Of a stretch of 64,000 bases of DNA, positions 54,101 to 64,000 are shown in pieces; within the stretch, counting starts at the first letter, position 1; each line of letters starts with the position of its first letter. The notes under the pieces were generated by a model, which did not search any database, was not told the origin of the DNA, and was given only the letters and a program-made list of their open reading frames with translations. Source of the DNA: Bilabrum cf. latius (lineage: Eukaryota). A program made the position numbers and the translations under genes. The DNA is taken from NCBI GenBank assembly GCA_965178125.1, contig OZ237741.1:372001-436000 (forward strand). The letters are read 5' to 3'.

Positions 54101-54855
54101 TGCTCGGCCTCACCGCCTGCGCCGGCTCTATGATCCTCCTCGTGTTCGCCATGAAGGCCAACTTCGCGGCCACTGGATAGGCCTACGGTGGAACTGGCCC
54201 GCACGGCGTCGAGGGTACTGGACAGGAGGACGAGAGCTTCTTCCGCCACGTGCTGGGCAGCGGCCAGACCCACTGGATCACGTACGGGCACGTGCAGACG
54301 ATCATGTACCTGAAGATCTCCCTGTCGGACTTCCTGACTGTGTTCGCCGCACGCACCCGCGGCTGGTTCTTCGAGAGGCGCCCCGGGTACGCTCTGGCCG
54401 CCGCGTTCGTGTTTGCCACCTCCTGCTCTACCATCCTGGCCGCCTTCTGGCCCTTCAAGGAGTCCTCCAAGAGCGCCGCGAGCAAGGGGCACTACGAGAT
54501 GCAGCCCCTCAAGGACAGGGCCTTCGCCATCCTGACCACCTGGATCTTCTGCCTCCTGTTCTTCCTCGTGCAGGATGCCATCAAGGTGGCTACCTACTGG
54601 GTGCTCGACCAGCTGGACGAGAACCGCCAGCGCATCGCCGAGGTGGAGCGCAGGGCTGCCCTCACCAACATGGCCGCTAGCGAGGCCCGCGGCCAGGGAC
54701 TCATGACCGTCGGTGGCGCCGGCGGCGCAATCTCCGCGGGCGCGGCCAAGAAGTACGACGACCGCATCAGCAAGCTGGAGCGCGAGATCCAGCAGCTCAA
54801 GGGCATCCTGCAGCAGCAGGCCGGGGGGGGTGCCGCCGCCGCCGGCGGGCACTGA
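51190..54855 (+). CDS. PMA1: Plasma-membrane H+-ATPase (P3A P-type ATPase), 1026 aa; introns 51301-51592 and 53460-53752
   Basis: FWGPMP, LVPGDIV, DESALTGESLPV, IPIAM, LCSDKTGTLT, TKGAPQ, DPPRDDT, MITGD, MTGDGVNDAPALK, spliced TEPGLSVIIDAILRSRKIFQRM, ILNDGTII; single TAG 54178; TGA 54853-54855. Confidence 0.96.
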
Positions 54856-56214
54856 GGCAGTCGCTTGTTCACCGCAAGCGACGCGGGGGCAAGGGTCTTC
54901 CTGGATCCTTCTTGATTGCCGTTTGGTATGGCGCGGGTGCCTTGCGTGTGATGGGGTGCTTCCTGTGGTGCGGGCTCTCTCGCTCGGCGCTTGGTCGAGT
55001 GTGGGTCCCGCCCCCATGGAATGGCACTGCGCGGCTGGCTACGCCTAGGTGGGCAATCGAGCGGGGGTACAGTGGGCCGGTTTATGCTAGAGGCGGGCCG
55101 TCTCGGATCAAGCTGCAGGCGTGCACTGGGCTTGATCGCGAGGAGGCGGCAAGGGTGTGATCAGGTGCGACGCGGCGGCGCTGCAGTGCGGTGCACTGTC
55201 GTCCCCAGGTTGTAGGCCAAGACGGCGTTGGCTGAGGCGGCGGGACTGCCGTGGAGGTGCTGCAATGCAATGCACGCATCTCCCGGGTCCCGCTCGCCCT
55301 CGTCTTGTCCTGTCGATGGCTGTCAAGCTTCGCGGCCCGCCGACTGAAACGAGCTGTGATTGATACCTCGGTCTTTCCTCCAAGCGAGGAGAGAACGAGT
55401 TGACGTTGTGGTGCCATGCCACGTAGCAAGTGTTTTGCTTGCATCGTGGTGTTGCAAGGTCGGGGGATTACCGCGAATCCTGAGGCGGACGATGGCAAGT
55501 GGGCGCAAGGGTCTGACGGTGTGCTTTTTGCTGAGCTGCACGAGGTGGACGTTCAGCCTGGCAATAGTTGCGCCATGTATCACGTGTATGAAGTTTATCG
55601 ATAAGATGAGAAAGCAATCTGACTTTGTAGCAAGGCGATCAGTTGGGACGTCTATTCTAATCATACTGCTTCCTGGGCGGGGTACGTGCACCACGGCCAG
55701 TTTCTGCGCTATCGTTGTAGCACTCTTCGCCAGCAAGTTTCAGTAAGCAGTCAGTACAATCGCTCTCGGTCAGTACTTGGCTTTCCCAATCGCGTGCTTG
55801 CCTGATGCAACCTGCGCGGCTTTGCCAACAGCTGCTGCTGATGGCGACGCAAGTTTCTTCTGACCATTGCCCTCTAGCTTCCCCTGCGCAAGAAACGGGT
55901 ATTCTATCTTGATTCATGGCCCGACTGCGCATACATCACGTATATCCAAGGGAGGATACTAAATACAAGACGCTAGCTTACCATTAGGTTGAACTCCTCC
56001 TGCATCGATTTCGCTGCGCTCCCCACGAGAATGGTTGACACCGCGTCAAGAATATGTGTTAAACTCTCCATTCAAATGGTTACGTCGGACTGATATGCCA
56101 TTGGGAGTGAGAGAGGCCTGGAACGAGGACTGATCGACGGTGGTTCCGCAGGGTGGATCGCGCGGCGCACGGGTGCAGCGCAGCACTCCACTGTGTTGCC
56201 GCGTGCACTACACT

Positions 56215-59200
56215 ATGTCAGCTTATACTGAGGTCAGATACTATAACAGTACTGATGTTGGCTTGAGCGTGAGAGTGTTCGTGTCGCACATGGACACTCT
56301 TGAGTTCGATCGGTTGGTTGATGCTGCGCAGCCTCCTTTACCGAAGCCAGGTTACGTGCTGAAGGATGGATACGCTGGGGATGTTGATCCTGAAGACTGT
56401 CTAGTATCATTACAAATTGATAATGGTGGGATCGGTATGGTCACAACACCGGCTACTACGCAAATATTGCCACGCCGTTTTGCTGGCAGGGTCTGCTGGG
56501 AGCAATGGGTAACCCTGCCATTGAGATTTTCGGATTTGACACGAAGGTCTAAGTTAATAATGACTCTGTGGTCTCCCGGTCCAAGGCTACTTGCTGGAGT
56601 AGTGTTCAGTCTTTTTGACGAAAAGATGCGACTTGCTGACGGAATGAGAAAGCTCATTTGGTGGCCAGTTAGAGCCTCCTTTAAGGAGGCCTACCTCCCC
56701 GAAGCAGGATAGAAAGAAAGTACGACCCACGATCCGGTGGAAGATGTCGTTGAAGCAGCCATGGACGCAACTTGGGCGGGGTATGCCTCCAGGGTGCCGG
56801 ACCACGCCACGGACGAGGAGTACCTGGCTAGCCACATCCTGGAGCTCAGGGACCACGGCCGCATACCGAAGATACCATGGCTGGACAGATTCACACTGCC
56901 CATGTTGGAGCAAATCAGGGCGGGGACTGGGCGCCCCGGGGACCTTCCAATTTCGATCCCCGGCATGGGCGACGGCAATGCTGCTGGTGATGGCCGCAAG
57001 TCTGCAGCTGCGGCAGGCACCCCACCCGCTGATCGTGCGACAGCAGCTGCAGCATCATGTTCAGGCGAATAGAGCACACCTGGCACTGATTCTGAATCCA
57101 AGTACGACCCGGAAGCCACGGCTCGCATGAAGTCGGCCATGGCAGGCCTCAAGCCGCGGCCTCCCTTCGTTCACATTGAGCTTCCGAAACTCCCATACCC
57201 AGTCATCTATTACGATGCCCCCGCGCGGAGACAGGACGACGTGAGGCACAGCGGTGTAGGCACCGACGTAAGAGAGTTCCAGATGGCTGACGTGGCGGAG
57301 GCAGTCGAGGTCATGGCAGACGCGCTCAAGAGGGACCCGGTCGTACCCCCTGCGCTGCTGCCGGGCAACCACGGCGTGCCAAGGGCATCGCCCATGAAGC
57401 CGCTCAGAGGCCTCAACAGGCATCGACGTGGTATCAGAGCCAGTGCGCGGTCGCGCAGACGCCAGGCAGGATCAGGATCAGGATCAGGGGTCGATGCAGA
57501 ATCCGGCGCACCTGATGCGCCCGTTGTGGTTACTGCGCCTGGCGTGCCACAGGGGGCAGCGAGCGCAGCTTCGGGGGCCGCAAGTTCAGAGCTTACGAAA
57601 CCCGTGGCGGGTGCGACGGGTAGCAGTGGCGCTGCGGCGGGTGTCAGCGCCGGCAGAATAGCGCCAGCTGCTGCAGAGGCCAGCCAGAACAGAGCTAGCG
57701 ATCCTGCCAGCGGGAGCGGGGCCGCCCCACGAGAGACGGAAGCTAAGTCAGAAAACGATCAGGTCAGGCGCTACCCCGTCATGTGGAGATAGCGGTACGA
57801 TATCATCGCCGACCCTGAGTCGTACGGCAAGACCCCAGTCGACGCCATGGAGGAAGTGCTGGCTTCGGCTCTTGCTCGCGAGATGCCAGATGTACCAGAG
57901 CACCCATCGCCTTCGCAGCAAAGGCAGATCGAGCAGATCATCGCTGCACAGGGCATTGTAACGGAAACAAAGGACGCGACTCTACTCTGGAGATTCAGGC
58001 ACAGCCTGGTCTCGAACAAGCGAGCCATCGTCAAGTTCATGGAGTGTGTCAGGTGGCATCAGCCCACTGACGCCGAGAGGGCTCTGTCGCTGCTGCCGCG
58101 CTGGGCTGCCATCGACGTGGAAGAGGCTCTTTCGCTGCTCTCTCACAAGTTCAAGCATCCTACCCTGCGAGAGTATGCTGTCAGGGCATTAAATCGCGCG
58201 CCCGACGATGCTATTCAGCTGTACCTGATCCAGCTGGTGCAGGCTCTACGGTACGAGCCCAGCTTGCTGGGGCTTAGCGGACAGGCATCTGTCAGTGATC
58301 TAACGGGTGGTGGTGCAGGAGCTCCAGTGGGTGACCAGGCCAGGCTGGTGCAATAGGCCAAGCACATCCTCGCGACCGAGGGCGTGGTGCCGGGGCAGCC
58401 CGATGGCACCGGCCCCGGGGCATCGTCAGGTGCAGGGGCAGGAGTTTCGCGTGCTGTCGCCGGTGCCGGTGCCGGTGCCGGTGATAGCAACGATGTTAGT
58501 TCATCGGCACAAGATCATGGATCTGGTCAGGCCGCCAGCGGGGATGGCTCGTCAGGCTCGCCCTTGCAACGAAGCCCCCTTGCTATGTTTCTGATTCGAC
58601 GGGCATGCAGGAGCCTTCCTATCGCTACATATCTGCATTGGTACGCTACGGTCGAGACTAGCGACCCGCGCTCAGGCCAGCTGTACAACGATTTCCTGGC
58701 TGCGCTGTTCGCAGAACTCCCAAACTCGGCTGAAGGCCGTGCAATGGAGATGAAGCTAATGAAACAGGCCGAAATCAGCATGATGATTCTTGGTGCGGTA
58801 GCCGAGTGCAAGAAGATGGGACCCAAGTCAGAGAAAAAGAGACGGTTGAACGAAAGCTTGGAGCCGCATGGGTAGTACGGGAAGCACCTGTCAAACATTC
58901 GAGGTGGAGTCCACTTGCCGCTCGATCCCAGGGTAGTCCTGGTCGGTACAGAGCCCGGCAAGTGCAAGGTGTTCAGCAGCGCGATCTACCCCGTCTTGAT
59001 ACCTATGCGCGTCGACCACACCAAGTCCGAGCCTGGGTGGCACCTCACCAGCACAATGCGCTTCAAAGCAGAGGCGAAGGCGAGAGCAGCCGCTGTATCG
59101 GGCCAGGCACAAGGTGGTGCGGCAGCCGGCGGAGCGGCGGCTATGCATGCAAGCGGAGCTGGTAGCGCGGTTGGCAGCGTATCAACGACACTATCCAGGA

Positions 59201-60021
59201 GCACTGGCATGGGCGGCTCTGACTCGGCCTCATTGCCTCCCCCGCCCACCTACGATGTGATCTTCAAGATTGGCGACGACATGCGTCAGGATTAGCTTAT
59301 CCTGCAGCTGGTGGAGCTCATGGACCGTCAGCTGCAAGCGGAGGGCCTCAACCTGGGCCTGACCGTGTACAAGGTCCTCGCCACGAGCCTAACCACGGGC
59401 ATGATGGAGTGCGTGCCGGGGTCTGTTCCCATGGACCAGATCAAAAGCGACATTTTGGGGTATTTCAAGAGCTTTCCTGAGAACGTCGACCCCAGAGAAG
59501 ATCATGGTGTGAAGGCGGAAGTGATGGAGCGGTATGTGGACAGTTGTGCGGGGTACTGCGTCATCACGTACATCCTTATGGTCGGTGACAGGCACTTCGA
59601 CAATGTGCTGGTCAGGTCAACCGGGCACATGTTTCACATCGATTTCGGGTACGTCTTTGGTGCTGAGCCCAAGTCCTTCCAGCCGAAAATCAAGCTGACA
59701 TCCCAGATGATTGACGGGATGGGCGGGCCCAAGTCCAAGTACTACGAGAAGTTCCTGGACAGGTGCTGCCAGGCCTACAGCATCGTGCGCAAGAAGGCGA
59801 ACCTCTACCTTGCCCTCCTGGACCTAATGCGTGACGCCAACATCGAGAACATGGGCCCTGATCCTGACGCAACCATCGCCAAGATTCGAGACAAGTTTGC
59901 CCCGCAGCTCGACGGGGAAGCCGCCGACCGGGCGTTCCTGATGGAGCTGGACAATGCTGTCGCCGCATTGTTCCCGCACTTTACTGACTGGATCCACACG
60001 ATCGCGACTAGGCTCAGGTGA
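56215..60021 (+). CDS. VPS34: Class III phosphatidylinositol 3-kinase VPS34, 1268 aa (TAG=Gln)
   Basis: C2 WEQWVTLPLRFSDL, helical domain LLWRFRH..LYLIQLVQALRYE, kinase VIFKIGDDMRQD[TAG]LILQ, SCAGYCVITYILMVGDRHFDN, FHIDFGY; 6 TAGs; TGA 60019-60021. Confidence 0.95.
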
Positions 60022-60228
60022 TGTGGCGTTGGGCGCTGCGTGCGTGCAGTGAGCATTATGATAGGGGCCTCTTAGGGCAGGTACACGTCGTGGATGCTAC
60101 CCTCACTAGCACGTGCAATGTTGACCTGGTGATCCTAGTGCTGCCGTAGGCCAGAGCAGAGTAGAGCTGTATATAGATTTAGATTCCGGATACTCGACAA
60201 TGCTTGTGGTGCGGTACCTTTTTCTCTA

Positions 60229-60897
60229 TCACACACATCGCGAACGTAGATATACCGCAAGCAGTGCAGCTCCCCCCACGGAGGTGTAGCCCAGCACGTG
60301 CATTGGTCGCATTGGCCGGACGAGTCGAAACCCGCCGCCCCTTGTCCCCCTACCTCTTCTTCCGCAACTTGTCGACCACCTACAGGAACTCAACAGACTT
60401 CTCCCCGATTCCCCCCAACACGTCCACCATAAAGGGTACGACCCGCACGCCACTGCGCACCGCCCCTTTCTGTGTCCTCACATTCCCTGGACACCACTTG
60501 TCTTCTCCTTCGATCCGGACGCCGAGCACTCCGAGCTCGACGGGCCTGCCGTAGCTGACCAGCTTCGTGGCATGCGCGGCCCGCAAAGCAGATCCCTCAT
60601 GCCAGTCGCTGCCAATCCTCCACGGCGAGCGGTCCCATCGGTAAGTTGCCGCAGTAGAATCAACCACCATGACATCGATGAGATACGCCGTCCCCTCGTG
60701 CTCAAAGAACAGGTCGCCTCGTGGCACGAGCGGACCGCGCCGACCCGGCAGCCTGGCCACATGGGCCTCTGGATTGGGCGTCTGCCCGTGGCCTCGTGGA
60801 CCACCTGCTCGAGCACGTTGAGTACCCGGAAGTGACTGCGGCCTGGAGGGTCTCCGCAGACATGCTTGTCCTTGCGCGTGGCGCCGTGGCGAACTGA
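60229..60897 (-). mobile_element. Degenerate 3' fragment of a non-LTR retrotransposon with restriction-like endonuclease (RLE, PD-(D/E)xK)
   Basis: HVC..RSHFRVLNVLEQVV (frameshift) EAHV..PRGDL..YLIDVMVV..A.RAAHATKLVSY..VVPFMVDVLGGIGEKSVEFL resembles the H..C/RH..V/RPD/D/K..KY/P.V.E..G.G order of RLE domains; no RT domain; at least one and probably two frameshifts. Confidence 0.62.
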
Positions 60898-60929
60898 CTA
60901 GGTCAGTTCGACTACCTTGCCCTGCTTCG

Positions 60930-61666
60930 AAGATCTGTGTGTCGCGCCACGCCTCCCCACATGCACCATGCGTTGCCCCAAGAGGTTGGGGGGGACAGCT
61001 GCACGGCTGCGGCCGCGCTGCTGGAGGCGTGTCCAGACCTGGCTGTGATCAACAGGGCCAACACCAACGCCAAGACGGCCCTGACACAGGCGGTGGTCAA
61101 GCAGCATGAGGGCGTGGCTCGCCTGCTGGTGGATGCGGGGGCAGATGTGCGGCAAGCAGGACAGGGAGGGTACACCCCTCTGCTGGTTGCTGCGAAGGTG
61201 GGCAGTATACGGACCTGGTGCGCATGCTGCTGGAGGCCGATGCATCTGTGTGCAGCGTGCCGAACGATCACGGGGAGACTCCGCTGTTCTGGGCCTGTGC
61301 CAAGGGGCACGAGCAGGTGGCGGCCGCGCTGCTGGAGGCGTGTCCAGACCTGGCTGTGATCAACAGGGCCAACACCAACGCCGAGACGGCCCTGACACAG
61401 GCGGTGGTCAAGCAGCATGAGGGCGTGGCTCGCCTGCTGGTGGATGCGGGGGCAGATGTGCGGCAAGCAGGACAGGGAGGGTACACCCCTCTGATGGTTG
61501 CTGCGAAGGTGGGCAGTATACGGACCTGGTGCGCATGCTGCTGGAAGCTGGGGTAGACCCGCGGCATGCTGGGCATCCACAGCTTGAGACGCCGACATAG
61601 ATCGCTGCTAGACGTGGGCATGATGATGTCGCCCAGGCCCTGGAGATGTGGCGGCCTCCCGTGTGA
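60930..61666 (+). pseudogene. Ankyrin-repeat gene remnant, frameshifted, with internal duplication
   Basis: Ankyrin repeats (TALTQAV..HEGVARLLVDAGADV, GYTPLLVAA, GETPLFWACAKGHEQVAAALL, ETPT[TAG]IAARRGHDDVAQAL) lie in three frames, with shifts near 61205 and 61516; no convincing start; TGA 61664-61666. Confidence 0.7.
61009..61545 (+). repeat. Direct duplication of 226 bp (61009-61234 and 61320-61545), 2 mismatches
   Basis: Direct sequence comparison; offset 311 bp. Confidence 0.93.
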
Positions 61667-61972
61667 ACAGCTCGCCTTCTTCACCACAATCGGATGCCTA
61701 TGCCCAGATCTTGACATATTCATTTTTTATTTTATCATCTTGGAAATATTTTCATAAAGTTGAGTGGATTCGTCCCAGTACGAAGCACTGATGGCTGTCC
61801 CTCCGATCACTGCAGGCGGCGAAAGTGAGCCGTGGTATCCTGCCGCGGAAAAGGGTCTATTTCCCCATACTCAAAAGTCCTCGGTCACTTATTTATGCTG
61901 CGGATGCAAACTGTGTCCTGGCGTAGCGAATCACATGGAGACAAGCATGAATTAGGTCCACCCAGCGCCCGA

Positions 61973-64000
61973 TCAATCCAGCACCCCAAGTGCCCGCAGC
62001 TCTCGAACCCGGTCACCGAACCGCTTCTCAAGGAGCTCGTGCAGGGGTGCCATCCGTTCTGGGCGTACCTGGGCGTGCAACTGCAATGATGACTCGGCTA
62101 CCTGCATCTGCTCTCGCAGCGCTAGCCTGAGGCAGCTCACCGCGTCGTCTTCTATGCGTTTGCCTGCTGCTACCAGGGCGTTCACGAGCTCCAGCTTGAA
62201 TCGCATCGCGTCGCTTGCCTCGCTTGCTCGGCTTCTTGACAGCAGTGAAGAACCCATAGCGTAGTTTGGCACCCCGCCACTCTTGCGACGCATCACCACC
62301 GCGCCACCAGTTGCGGCGGATGCCGTGCGTCCGCGGTCCACGCCCAGCGCTGTCTTCAAGGCCGACTGAATCGTCGACTCTCGGGTCAACTTCAACTCGA
62401 TGAAAACCTCAGCAGCTCTACGGACATATGCTCTTGATATTTCAGGAAACATGGACTAGTAGGACTGCTGCAGCATGGCTGGAAACCTGCTCGCCCCGCC
62501 TCCCACCCCTGCATCGATGACCCCTTGCAGCCGCATGGAGAGCGACTCTGCGGCTTCCTTGCCCTTGTTGGCCGCCTCTCTAGTCGCATCCTTCAGACGA
62601 AGGGTGCCGGTGGACACCTGCTCAAGCGCGATATCCAGAGGCGTCAGGAGTTCCTCCTCCACGAGCAGGACAGGCGATCGCCGGCGGCAGCCAGGAAACG
62701 GGTGCATGCTAGCCAAGTGCGTCCGCCGCGCCCACAGCACCAAGAGCTCTTGGGCACCGCGCACGTCTGCTGACAGCGACTACAAGAGCTACCCCTTGAT
62801 CTTGGGCCTCAGCTTGAATGGACGATACACCGTAAACACTCGCGTGCCGCTAGAGATGGCACCATCACGTACTATCTGAGGCAGAAGCGACTCAGAATCT
62901 GGCAGGAGCATGCGGGTAGGAAACATGTCAGGGTTGTATGCAGCTTCATCCGGCCCAGCTGCTTGCGACTGGTCGAAATCAGGGGCTACTGGTGACCCTG
63001 CACCATTCACGTCCTCTTCCTAGTCCTTCTCTATCTTGAGCTCGTCCAGTACACCCTGCGCGATGGCGGCCAACCGGCTGTAGCCAGGCACGCGTGCTCT
63101 CACCTCCATGCGAAACGCAGCGCTCGACTCCTCACGCACCTAAACTATGCCACCTGCAACCAGTCGCTGCGAAGCCTCCAGCAACTCGGCCTCGCTCGCC
63201 CGCTCCGCCGCGTTGTCGTCCATTGCCTCAAGAAGACCCTCAATCCTCCTCCGCACGTCAAGCTCTGCCGGCTCGGTCGACAGGAGCCCGTATGCCAGGT
63301 CACGCCTGGACGACCCGTACTTGCGCGAGCGAATAGACGCGTCACCCTCAGTGGATCCGCCCGATCCCTGGGCTGCCACGGCACCTCCAGCGAGGTGGTC
63401 CGTCCTCGACTCATCCGATGCTCCGATGCGTCCGAGCGCGGCCTGAAACGGTTCTTTCCAGCAGCCCGGCCACCTCTTCTGCAGCCTTTTCTCGAACTCA
63501 CCAATCCTCTCTTCCACAGACCCCTTAAGTATGAACACGCGGCCCTGCACCTGAGGAGGGTACTCATCCCCGCTGAACACGACGATGTAGTATTTGGCCT
63601 ACGCCCTGCGCCTGCCGTAGATCTGCTTGGTCAGGTCTGCCTGCTTGCGCAGCAGCGAGACGACCCTGGCCCCGCTTGGTTCCACTCTCTCATATCTCTC
63701 GCAGAGCGTCCTCGCGATTCCTCTAGCGTGCTCCCAGCACTGCGCCTGCTCCAACTTCGCAAGTGAGACCTAGAGCACAATCTCGAGCCGATCGCTCGCC
63801 GTCTGCTCCGGAAACAGGACGACGTACTAGCTCGTGTCTAGTCGCAGCAGCTGCCGCCTGGACTTTGAAGTCTCTTTCGCTGCCACGTTGATGAGTGCAG
63901 CAGGCAGCCTGTGCTTGGTCCACATTAATAGCTGCGGGATCTCAAACCAGTACCACGGCGGAGGTACCCCGGACACTGCATCGGCAAGCTCCATGAACCG
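61973..64000 (-). CDS. DOCK-family Rho/Rac GEF, DHR-2 domain (5'-partial; TAG=Gln)
   Basis: QAQCWEHARGIARTLCERYE, YYIVVFSGDEYPPQVQGRVFILKG, FTVYRPF, FPGCRRRSPV..EEELLTPLDIALE, LSMRLQGVIDAGVGGG; open to the window end with 8 TAGs; TGA 61973-61975. Confidence 0.85.

Noticed and set aside
52520-55017. Long antisense ORFs (351 and 445 aa) opposite the H+-ATPase
   Set aside because: Expected by-product of strong GC3 codon bias on the sense strand.
54856-56214. Short ORFs between the H+-ATPase and VPS34
   Set aside because: The frames checked close at TAA/TGA within ~140 codons even with TAG=Gln; no homology recognised.
2-64000. TAGs as pseudogenisation, C-to-T damage/RIP-like mutation or sequencing error
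   Set aside because: Such processes would also give CAA->TAA, CGA->TGA and frameshifts; none occurs in 19 genes, several of them core housekeeping genes.
2-64000. TAG as Trp (A-to-I editing), Leu, Tyr, Glu or pyrrolysine
   Set aside because: Informative conserved columns (Q-loop, RQDQL, PFQ, SQW, GSQF, GQLG) all call for Gln; no pyl genes are present. U-to-C editing cannot be formally excluded without RNA but is implausible at this scale in a nucleus.
1-64000. tRNA-Gln(CUA), eRF1 or other RNA genes that would explain the recoding
   Set aside because: No cloverleaf, rRNA or release-factor sequence recognised in this window; must be sought elsewhere in the genome.

Overview
Gene-dense (~86% coding), GC-rich, intron-poor nuclear DNA of a eukaryotic microbe. 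The long Ala/Ser/Gly-rich insertions and gene content suggest a heterotrophic protist, possibly a stramenopile, but taxonomy cannot be fixed from this window. The main result is a non-standard nuclear genetic code: TAG is a sense codon for glutamine, while TAA and TGA remain stops. The supplied ORF track is fragmented because it stops at TAG. Reading TAG as Gln joins the fragments into 19 coherent genes: STE/MAP3K-like kinase (partial), ion-channel/adenylyl-cyclase-like membrane protein lacking the cyclase domain, ankyrin+C2H2 protein, COX19, epoxide hydrolase, RCC1-repeat protein, MRNIP-domain protein, ABCC transporter, ADAT3/TAD3, SERINC, ubiquilin/DSK2, MUG/TDG-like glycosylase, PPIL3, RAD16-like helicase, a hypothetical protein, FAB1/PIKfyve, plasma-membrane H+-ATPase, VPS34 and a DOCK GEF (partial). 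By hand count these hold roughly 115-120 in-frame TAGs, several at invariant Gln positions, with no internal TAA/TGA; all 19 end in TAA (3) or TGA (16). Also present: 8 GT-AG introns, a 37-bp x3 minisatellite, a decayed RLE-type non-LTR retrotransposon fragment and an adjacent frameshifted, internally duplicated ankyrin pseudogene. All family assignments are from motif recognition, not database searches.
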